Shown in pieces: positions 15,677 through 23,594 of a stretch of 40,161 nt of DNA. How positions within the stretch are numbered: the stretch's first letter is position 1; every line of letters begins with the position of its first letter. This DNA is from a virus (lineage: Duplodnaviria > Caudoviricetes): IMG/VR virus record IMGVR_UViG_3300017912_002988, positions 1 to 40,161 of that record; one strand, 5' to 3'. Below the pieces are notes generated by a model. The model saw only the letters and a list, made by a program, of their open reading frames with translations, had not been told where the DNA came from and did no database searches. Made by a program: the position numbers and the translations under genes.

Positions 15677-16170
15677 TACTTACTCCAAGAATATGCTCTG
15701 TGTTTAGGATACTTCATACCTCGTTTATCAATAAACTTCTCTGTAGGTAGAAGAGCAATATCACCCCAGTTTTCATTCTTTGGAATTTTATACAAACTCC
15801 CAATACCAGAAAATAGGTATCTATGTATAGAGTTTTTCGGCACAGTAACACCGCCCTTGCTATTTATTAAGCTTTTTGCAACTGCGTCTCGATAGTCTGG
15901 ATTTATATAATGTAAGTTTGCTCCCAAAAAACCATCTGAATAAAATTGAATGACGTATGATAGTGGTTGAACATCCCAGAATTCATATTTTTCTGGAAAT
16001 TTTGCACCGTATTGAAAGAATATGAGGTCTCCAACAGCAACTCCCCCAGTATCACTTTCACTAATGTCTGGATCTTGCACGGCTGATAATGCTGATTCTA
16101 GTGCAGAAATGTACCAATCTCCACTCCTTCTTTTTTTACCAGCTTGTTCTATAATCGTTTGTGCAATCAT
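15676..16170 (-). CDS. gp2-like DNA end protector protein
   Basis: FFQY..K......WD..PL......GFLGANLHY; synteny with gp4. Confidence 0.7.
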   Translation of the reverse strand: MIAQTIIEQAGKKRRSGDWYISALESALSAVQDPDISESDTGGVAVGDLIFFQYGAKFPEKYEFWDVQPLSYVIQFYSDGFLGANLHYINPDYRDAVAKSLINSKGGVTVPKNSIHRYLFSGIGSLYKIPKNENWGDIALLPTEKFIDKRGMKYPKHRAYSWSK

Positions 16171-16604
16171 ATCCCCAAATCGTCTTCAGTCATCACTCTG
16201 AATTCATATTTTCTATCCGCACAGTATTCTTCTGCAGCTTTCCATTTAGCCTGATTGATTACCCAGTTATGAACATCATGAGCCCAGGATTTGGTTCTCT
16301 TTTTTGGATTCTTTTCTGGCATTTTCAGTTGTCGTTTTGGTTTCACTTCAATTACAACTGATCTTCTTTTGCCTTCTCTATCAATATACTTGATAAAAAA
16401 GTCTGGAAAATATCTATGAATTTTATTATCAATGGGAGATTTGTACGGAATGATAATCTCCTCTGATTGCCACTGGTGAACACTTTCGTTTAGATCGCAA
16501 TATCTCATAAATTTTCTTTCCCACAAAGATCGATAAATGATGTTAGTGGGATCCCCTTTGTATTTTTTGGGGTACTCTGGTTTATATTTTCCTTTATAAG
16601 ACAT
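16167..16604 (-). CDS. gp4 head completion nuclease
   Basis: KYKGDPTNIIYRSLWE, HRYFPDF, IEVKP, NQAKWKAA; minus-strand CTAAATA at 16637-16631. Confidence 0.9.
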   Translation of the reverse strand: MSYKGKYKPEYPKKYKGDPTNIIYRSLWERKFMRYCDLNESVHQWQSEEIIIPYKSPIDNKIHRYFPDFFIKYIDREGKRRSVVIEVKPKRQLKMPEKNPKKRTKSWAHDVHNWVINQAKWKAAEEYCADRKYEFRVMTEDDLGI

Positions 16605-16637
16605 ATACATAGTATATAAGATCATAAAATTATTTAG

Positions 16638-17558
16638 ATGAGCTTCATACAACAACTTCAAGATATACTTGGTAGCTCAGCAAAAGTAAATACTAATGAT
16701 GCTACATTTGCGTCTAGACTTCAATCACCATCAACAACCAACACCTATAAAATATCTTTACTTTTAGCAAAAAACTTAGGTAATCCTTCCGCTGATTTGA
16801 GTTCTTGGTTGACTAGTGCTGGAGTGTTTGATCAGTCTGACCCAGATAGGTTTGATTTTCTGTGTTCCGAAACATTTATTCCTGGAACAAACATGACTCC
16901 ATTTGAAACTTTTGGAGATGTTCAGGGAATGTATGAGTCATTTAGTGGTCCCAGAAGAGACATGGAAATGGCATTTACATTCTATGTAGGATCAGATTAT
17001 CAAACTCTTAGATTATTTGAGGAGTGGGTTAATTATATGAATCCAATTTATGCTCCAAATCAACTTACCAGTGCCAGTCCTGGTGGATATGAATCTCATC
17101 TAAATCAAAGTGTAATGTATAGATTTAGATATCCATCTACATATAAGAGAGATATTGCTATTACTAAATTTGAACGAGATTATAGAGATAATATAACATA
17201 TGCATTTAAGTCTGCTTTTCCAACAAATATCGAAAGTATCCCCCTTACATATGATGCTGGACAACTTTTGAAGGTTACTGTTAGTATGAGATATGATAGA
17301 AAAGTAATCATTCAATCTCGAAAACAGGTCGTTAACAATCAAACATCTGCAAATTCTTTCCCCGCATTGTTTGCTGGAGATGCAAAACCTGGTGGCGTCA
17401 ATATAGATGCGGGCACACTAGTTGGAGAATTCCAAAGTGGTCCAGATACACTGACTCAAAATTGGTTAGTTAATGGTCAACTTTTAACCAGTGATACTAC
17501 TTTTGGATCAACTATAGTTACTGGATTTGATGGTGCAGAAGTCGGTGATTTGACCTAA
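16638..17558 (+). CDS. Tail-tube-fold protein (gp54/gp19-like)
   Basis: FLCSETFIPG, FTFYV......FEEWVNY, ITKFERD, Y.F..AFP.....L.Y...LLKVTV. Confidence 0.7.
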   Translation: MSFIQQLQDILGSSAKVNTNDATFASRLQSPSTTNTYKISLLLAKNLGNPSADLSSWLTSAGVFDQSDPDRFDFLCSETFIPGTNMTPFETFGDVQGMYESFSGPRRDMEMAFTFYVGSDYQTLRLFEEWVNYMNPIYAPNQLTSASPGGYESHLNQSVMYRFRYPSTYKRDIAITKFERDYRDNITYAFKSAFPTNIESIPLTYDAGQLLKVTVSMRYDRKVIIQSRKQVVNNQTSANSFPALFAGDAKPGGVNIDAGTLVGEFQSGPDTLTQNWLVNGQLLTSDTTFGSTIVTGFDGAEVGDLT

Positions 17559-17564
17559 TAAATA
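17558..17564 (+). promoter_or_regulatory. T4-type late promoter-like ATAAATA
   Basis: Intergenic, 24 nt before the gp26 ATG. Confidence 0.55.
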
Positions 17565-17588
17565 CTTTTATGAACTGAACTACTAGTC

Positions 17589-18311
17589 ATGCCTTTACCC
17601 AAAATTACAACATCCCAATATGAGTTGGTGTTGCCTTCCACAGGCAAAACAATTAAGTATAGACCATTTCTTGTAAGAGAGGAAAAAATTCTAATCTTAG
17701 CTCTTGAAAGTGAAGATACTAAACAAATTACTAATGCTGTAAAACAAGTCTTAAAAGAATGTGTTATTTCTAGACTTAAGATTGAAGATCTTCCTAGTTT
17801 TGATATTGAATATTTGTTTCTGAATATTCGTGGAAAATCTGTAGGAGAGTCGGTAGATATCATTGTTACTTGTGGTGATGATGGAGAAACCCAAGTTCCT
17901 GTTTCCTTGCCCATTGACACCATCGAAGTCGATAGACATCCAGACCACACTCAAGATTTGGAGCTTGGAGAGGGGTATGTATTGAGAATGAAATATCCTA
18001 CCATGGGACAATTCATTGATACAAACTTCAATGTTAAGTCCACGGAAGAGGATGAAGTAGAAAGATCATTCAATATTATCTGTTCATGTATTGAACAGGT
18101 TTATAATGAAGAGGATATGTGGTCTGCTTCTGAGTGTTCAAAGAAAGAACTAAGAGATTGGGTAGAAAGTTTAACCTCCGAACAATTTAAGAAAATTGAA
18201 AAGTTCTTTGAAACAATGCCCAAACTTCGTCATGAAATTAAAGTAATAAATCCCAAAACCAAGAAAGAAAATACTGTCGTTTTGGAGGGTTTATCAAGTT
18301 TTTTCGCTTAA
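17589..18311 (+). CDS. gp26 baseplate hub assembly protein
   Basis: MPLPKI...YEL.LPSTGK.IKYRPFLVREEKIL, FDIEYLFLNIRGKSVGE. Confidence 0.9.
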   Translation: MPLPKITTSQYELVLPSTGKTIKYRPFLVREEKILILALESEDTKQITNAVKQVLKECVISRLKIEDLPSFDIEYLFLNIRGKSVGESVDIIVTCGDDGETQVPVSLPIDTIEVDRHPDHTQDLELGEGYVLRMKYPTMGQFIDTNFNVKSTEEDEVERSFNIICSCIEQVYNEEDMWSASECSKKELRDWVESLTSEQFKKIEKFFETMPKLRHEIKVINPKTKKENTVVLEGLSSFFA

Positions 18312-18313
18312 TT

Positions 18314-18505
18314 ATGTCTCATATTGATCTTGAGGCATATTACCGAATCAACTTTGCTTTAATGCAGTTCCATAAATATTCTTTGACTGAAATTGAAAAT
18401 ATGGTTTCTTGGGAAAGAGATATTTACGTTGGTCTCCTAAGAGCACACATTGAAGAAGAGAATTTGAAACGCAAACAAGCAGAAGCGGCGAGACGTAATG
18501 CGTAG
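18314..18505 (+). CDS. gp51-like baseplate hub assembly catalyst
   Basis: YYRINFALMQFHKYSLTEIENM..WERDIYV. Confidence 0.8.
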   Translation: MSHIDLEAYYRINFALMQFHKYSLTEIENMVSWERDIYVGLLRAHIEEENLKRKQAEAARRNA

Positions 18506-20156
18506 TCCTATTACCCCACGAATAATGCCAAGAATATCTGGGATTCGTCCTGGAGCTTTCTTTGGTAGGGGTGCGGGTGCCTCTCAGGGGGCCACAGATT
18601 TTTTTGGAAGGAATAAGAAAGGAGTTGCTAGTCAGTCAAAGGTAAAGGCTGCTGGATCTCCACTCTTAGGTGCTGCACAGAATATATCTCAATCTCTTGA
18701 ACCACAACAAGAATATGAGGGAGTTAATGTAAATAGAATTAATCAAATTGTAGAGAATAAAGTCAATAGACTCATTCCTAGGATTGCGGAAAGAGTCGAA
18801 ACGCAAGTTAATGCTTTTGATCCAAATGAGTTGCTCTCTAGAATTTTTAGAGGAGGATTAGACGAACTCCAAAGATTCGGACAGAATTTGCAGAGCTTAA
18901 TGGTTCCTCTGCAGAGAACTTTTGATTTTATTTTCCAGTCTAGAGATATATTATTAAAATTAATCGATCAATTAGCTACTGCTTCAAAGAATTTAGGCAA
19001 TAGTAAGTCTCCTGGTATGGGACTTAGGGGACTCAAAACTCTTGCTCTTGCAGCCACTGCTGCTTATGCTGCAAAAATTACTTGGGATCAAATAAAAAAA
19101 GCCAATGACGAAGGACCTCCGCCACAGGGAGGAGAAATTAGTGGAACTCCACCCCCTATGGGAGGTGTTGAACAACAACAGTCTTTAACTGGAGGCGAAG
19201 AAATTAATACTGAACTATTCAATGAAACTGTTGGAAAGTTTGGTGCTATTTTATCTAGTATTGAGAAAGCTCTATATGGAGAAAAAAAAGATTCTTCTGG
19301 CGATGGAATTTCTCTTTCGCCTCCTGGAGAGTCCACCAGCATACCAGTAAGCCAACCAATGAGTTCTAGTGGTGGAATCACATTGCCAAATACCCCTCCA
19401 GAAATATCTGCTCTTATGGATGCAGTTTCTGCTGGTGAAGGTGATGCAAATTCTATTCAAGGTCAGGGAGTAATTCCTGGAGTGAATTTAGAAAACATGA
19501 CTATTGAGCAAGCTTTTCAAACTGGAGAGTCATATAGAGGTAAGGGAAAAACAACGACTGGTGGAATTGGCGCATATCAATTCCATCCAGATTTTCATAG
19601 AGAAACGGCAAAAGCTGCTGGACTTGATTTGAATAAAGATAAGTTTACGAAAGAAAATCAAATGCGAATGATGAGGACATATCTAACTCAGGTATATTCT
19701 CGTATGGGTGGAAAAGGGGGTGAAGCTGGAATAGTAAAATCTATTCAAGAAGGAAATTTAATGTCTGATGTAGTTCCAAAACTCGCAGTTGATATGGGAT
19801 GGCCCTCTCTTCCTGGTGGAAGTCAACCAAATGTAAATACTGCCAATTTTGAATCCACATTTAAGACCGCATATCAAACTTATGCAAATATGTTGGCCCC
19901 AGACAGTGGTGGATCTCAATTTAGGGAACAGTCCTCCAGAGAAATCGCTCAAGTTCCATCTCAAATGTTGACTGATGAAGATGTCCAGACCAATATCATT
20001 CCAATAAATATGGGATCTCAACAACAAAGTCAAGATGGTGTACCAGATAAAATTCCCGATGGACAAGGTGCTACGATTCCATTTCTAGTTCCTTTTGATC
20101 AGTCCAATATACATCTCATGTACTCCAGAATTGTTTACAATATTGTTGATGCATAA
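18498..20156 (+). CDS. Virion-associated protein with lysozyme-like domain
   Basis: AVSAGEG...LENMTI...GIGAYQF...FTKENQ resembles lambda-type/lysozyme-like muramidases. Confidence 0.65.
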   Translation: MRSPITPRIMPRISGIRPGAFFGRGAGASQGATDFFGRNKKGVASQSKVKAAGSPLLGAAQNISQSLEPQQEYEGVNVNRINQIVENKVNRLIPRIAERVETQVNAFDPNELLSRIFRGGLDELQRFGQNLQSLMVPLQRTFDFIFQSRDILLKLIDQLATASKNLGNSKSPGMGLRGLKTLALAATAAYAAKITWDQIKKANDEGPPPQGGEISGTPPPMGGVEQQQSLTGGEEINTELFNETVGKFGAILSSIEKALYGEKKDSSGDGISLSPPGESTSIPVSQPMSSSGGITLPNTPPEISALMDAVSAGEGDANSIQGQGVIPGVNLENMTIEQAFQTGESYRGKGKTTTGGIGAYQFHPDFHRETAKAAGLDLNKDKFTKENQMRMMRTYLTQVYSRMGGKGGEAGIVKSIQEGNLMSDVVPKLAVDMGWPSLPGGSQPNVNTANFESTFKTAYQTYANMLAPDSGGSQFREQSSREIAQVPSQMLTDEDVQTNIIPINMGSQQQSQDGVPDKIPDGQGATIPFLVPFDQSNIHLMYSRIVYNIVDA

Positions 20157-22039
20157 TGACTAAACCAATTAACATTAGAGCAGTAGCATCAGGTATACGG
20201 GGTCCTGTCGAGGATACCGAAAAAGTAATCGTTAAATTTAGCAAGTTTATACGAAGAAATGATACGAAGCTGAGAAACTTCAAGTTTCCTAGTCGAAACA
20301 GAATGAAATATCTCAAGACGCTGAACTTAACTGTCTTGGGAAAACACGAAAGGGGTGGATTTGCTTTAGGATTACCAAATCCATTCAGAACTGTTACTGA
20401 AGCAGCATTATCTCGAATACTTACGCCTCTGGCCGTCGGAACAATTTTTACCACTGCTGGAGCATGGTTACCTGCCTTAGTACCAGAACTAATTAATGAG
20501 CAGGAAAGAAAAACTGCAAAAACTCCTGGAAGTAGAGAAGAAAAACTTAGAGCACTATATGAACAGAAAAAGAATCTAAAATGGTGGGATTGGATTACTG
20601 GAGTTGCACAAGAAGTAGACGAACAAATCTATTTCTTAGAAACAGGACAAACTAAATCATATGGTAAAAACTTGACTCCAAGGACACCAAGTGACTTTGA
20701 TGCTGGTGAGTGGACAGAAAGAAAGCCCCAAGGTAAATTAGACCTTCAGAACTTTGCTTCATATGTAGCTACTTTTGACATGTTGGCTTCAAGGGGGGTT
20801 TTCACTAAGGGATTATCTATCAAACGTCCAGCTGGCCCAGCTGCTCGAGGCGCTGTTCCATCACAAGTTATTCCTACAAGTGGGATTTTAAATGCTGCAC
20901 AATATGGAGGGGGTGGATTGCATCCGTTCCCAGGAGGAAGCCGTATTAGTTCTGACGTTGGGATGAGAAATGGAAAGTATCATTGGGGAACTGATATGGC
21001 CGAGACAATGAAAAATGGAAAGTGGAGGCCAAATCCTAGGACTCCAATCGTTGCGATGCATGATGGCGTGGTTTTGGAAAAGCCATTTAACAATGAGAGA
21101 GATGCATATCTAGCTGGAGTGATGATTAATCATCCCGATTTAAAAGTAGATGCGAGATATTTGCATATGAATCCAAGTGTTCAACCTGGAGAAACTGTAA
21201 AACGAGGACAAATTATTGGAACTCTCGTTCCTTTGGGTGGAGCAAAAACACAATATAAAGATACTCACTTACATTTAGAACTATACAGACCAGGAACTTC
21301 AACTGTCTTAAAGAAAACAGAAGCTAGAAAATTTCTTGGTGGATTGCATAAGGTTCCTTTTGCTGATGTAAATAATGCTACAAAACTCAAACCAAGAAAT
21401 CAAATCCCAGATCCCAGTGAAGCACCAAAAGCTACTCCAAGTACACAAGTAATACCAACACAAAAAAATGCAAAAGAATCCAAAAAGAAGTTAAGAGAGT
21501 TAGCAACACAGATTGAAGAATTGAAATCTTCTAGAGACATGAGTAGAGTTGATGAGAAGGTAAGAATACCAGAAGTTGGAACATATGTGTTTGGTACGAA
21601 CTGGCTTAAAATGCCAGAAGACAAATATTTTAATCCAAATGGAGAACAAATTAGCAGAGAAGAATTTGAAAAAAGATTCGTAACATATGCAGAAAAATTA
21701 GAACAACAGTCAACTGCCTCTTCAACTCCAACTCCAACTCCAACTCCTACCCTAAGTCCAGCTTCACCCAATACCCCAAGTCCATCTATAGTTACCGATC
21801 CATCGACAGCAAATCCTACTAAACGCGAAAGACCTTCCGTAGAAACCTATCCATCATATAATAGACCCAACAGGGTAAATAATACCATCATAACAAATAA
21901 TCAATTGCCAGATAAAAAAGGATCGGTCCCACAATATAGTTCTAGACCATCTAGTTCTGGTGGGGGCATGGTTTATATTGGTTCGGATTTATCTTCAATG
22001 GCTTCTTCCATTTTACTCACACAATTATCAGGATCATGA
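20156..22039 (+). CDS. Virion-associated protein with M23 peptidase domain
   Basis: HWGTD (HxxxD), YLHM...VQPGETVKRGQIIG, HLHLE (HxH). Confidence 0.8.
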   Translation: MTKPINIRAVASGIRGPVEDTEKVIVKFSKFIRRNDTKLRNFKFPSRNRMKYLKTLNLTVLGKHERGGFALGLPNPFRTVTEAALSRILTPLAVGTIFTTAGAWLPALVPELINEQERKTAKTPGSREEKLRALYEQKKNLKWWDWITGVAQEVDEQIYFLETGQTKSYGKNLTPRTPSDFDAGEWTERKPQGKLDLQNFASYVATFDMLASRGVFTKGLSIKRPAGPAARGAVPSQVIPTSGILNAAQYGGGGLHPFPGGSRISSDVGMRNGKYHWGTDMAETMKNGKWRPNPRTPIVAMHDGVVLEKPFNNERDAYLAGVMINHPDLKVDARYLHMNPSVQPGETVKRGQIIGTLVPLGGAKTQYKDTHLHLELYRPGTSTVLKKTEARKFLGGLHKVPFADVNNATKLKPRNQIPDPSEAPKATPSTQVIPTQKNAKESKKKLRELATQIEELKSSRDMSRVDEKVRIPEVGTYVFGTNWLKMPEDKYFNPNGEQISREEFEKRFVTYAEKLEQQSTASSTPTPTPTPTLSPASPNTPSPSIVTDPSTANPTKRERPSVETYPSYNRPNRVNNTIITNNQLPDKKGSVPQYSSRPSSSGGGMVYIGSDLSSMASSILLTQLSGS

Positions 22040-23343
22040 GTTCTCCACTTCAACAGATTCAAATAAAAGAAGCATATCTAACAGGTCCAGAATCTGGTAA
22101 TTCATATAGTTTTTCTAGAGCAATTGAGAGTATTGATTACTATGAGGATTTATTGAGTCCTTCATTGACATGTTATGTGAAGTGTTTTGATACTGATAAC
22201 TTATATCAAACTTTACCAATTAGGGGACTGGATAGACTTGATTTAGACATACAAACTTCATTGGGCAACCTTAAATTTAATGAATCTAATAATACTCCAT
22301 TATATGTTACGAGTGTTCAAGATATTATCACAAAAGATTCTACAGAAAGTTTTACGTTATCTTGCTCAACAAAATCGGTTCTTGATAATGAAGTAACAAG
22401 GTGTTCTACTAAATTTAACAAGGCTCCTATATCTACTCATGTGGAGTCCATTTTAACAAATACTTTATCTGTCGATAGTCAAAGAATATTTGTTGAGAAT
22501 ACTGCTAACTCATATGGTTTTATTGGTAATCAGAAGAAACCCTTTCATACCTGCACATGGTTAGCACCAAAAGCAGTTCCGTTCTCAAATACTGCTCAAG
22601 TAATGGGAACTTCTGGAAAAGGGACTAATGCTGAAGCTGTAGGAACTTCTGGATTTTTCTTTTTTGAAAATCAAGAAGGATTTCACTTCAAATCAATTGA
22701 ATCTCTTTGCTCTGAAACCAAAGAATTGTTGTCTGCAGATGAAAAAGATATTATCACATATCAAAAAACCGATATTATAGAAGCTGGAGATTCTACGTTT
22801 AAAATCATCCACTCATATTTGGACAAAAATACGGATCTCATTAAAAATTTGAGAGTTGGATTATATTCAAACCTAACATATTTTTACGAACCATATGACT
22901 GGAATTTCGACGCTTTTTCTTATAAAATCAAAGATTATTTTGATCCTTCTTTGGGGAGAACCCAAGGATTGCCTATAGACGAAATTTCTGAAAAGGCTTC
23001 TAGAATTCTGGTTAGAATAGGTGATACTGGAATGATTAGTAAAGATTTTGGAGAAGATAGTGGTAGAGATAACGCTGATATGGCAAAATCATTTTCTAGA
23101 TATAATTTGCTTTTCACACAGTCACTAAATATTGTAGTGCCATGTAATGTCAATTTGAAAGTTGGTGATATTATTCGTTTAATTTTCCCAACGGTCGGAC
23201 CAGGAAGTTCTAGTGATGAAAAACCAGTTGACAAGGAATCAAGTGGTAATTATTTGATCCGAAGTTTAAGACATCATTTTGATGTCGCTGGTGGTCAAAA
23301 CACAACATCGTTGAATTTAGTCCGAGATTCATATAGAATATAA
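22036..23343 (+). CDS. Baseplate hub-type structural protein (gp27-like)
   Basis: YYED..SP, FFFFENQEGFHFKSIE, L.VGDII, SGNYLI..LRH, L.RDS. Confidence 0.6.
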   Translation: MSSPLQQIQIKEAYLTGPESGNSYSFSRAIESIDYYEDLLSPSLTCYVKCFDTDNLYQTLPIRGLDRLDLDIQTSLGNLKFNESNNTPLYVTSVQDIITKDSTESFTLSCSTKSVLDNEVTRCSTKFNKAPISTHVESILTNTLSVDSQRIFVENTANSYGFIGNQKKPFHTCTWLAPKAVPFSNTAQVMGTSGKGTNAEAVGTSGFFFFENQEGFHFKSIESLCSETKELLSADEKDIITYQKTDIIEAGDSTFKIIHSYLDKNTDLIKNLRVGLYSNLTYFYEPYDWNFDAFSYKIKDYFDPSLGRTQGLPIDEISEKASRILVRIGDTGMISKDFGEDSGRDNADMAKSFSRYNLLFTQSLNIVVPCNVNLKVGDIIRLIFPTVGPGSSSDEKPVDKESSGNYLIRSLRHHFDVAGGQNTTSLNLVRDSYRI

Positions 23344-23364
23344 TTATTCCACACTAAAAAACTC

Positions 23365-23592
23365 ATGGAAAACATCGAAAAGCACATCGAAGAAGATAAA
23401 AAGATTCTTGAGAATCCTACAACTTCTCCACAGCAACGTCGCCATATTGAACATCAATTGGATCAGTTGGAACGTTATGTAGAAAATCATAAAAAAGAAA
23501 TCGAATCAGGTGATCATCACGATCCTACCGATCTGGAATTATATTGTGAAGATTTTCCAGAATCGGACGAATGCAGAATTTATGAAGACTAA
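23365..23592 (+). CDS. cp12: CP12 Calvin-cycle inhibitor
   Basis: C-terminal DPTDLELYCEDFPESDECRIYED (CP12 Cys pair); no N-terminal Cys pair. Confidence 0.9.
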   Translation: MENIEKHIEEDKKILENPTTSPQQRRHIEHQLDQLERYVENHKKEIESGDHHDPTDLELYCEDFPESDECRIYED

Positions 23593-23594
23593 TA

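Noticed and set aside
13323-16604. Minus-strand block as a recent inversion
   Set aside because: Opposite orientation of gp53/gp48/gp2/gp4 is, to my knowledge, usual in T4-like cyanophages; no flanking inverted repeats seen
21722-21752. ACTCCA hexamer repeat
   Set aside because: Simply encodes a Thr-Pro linker
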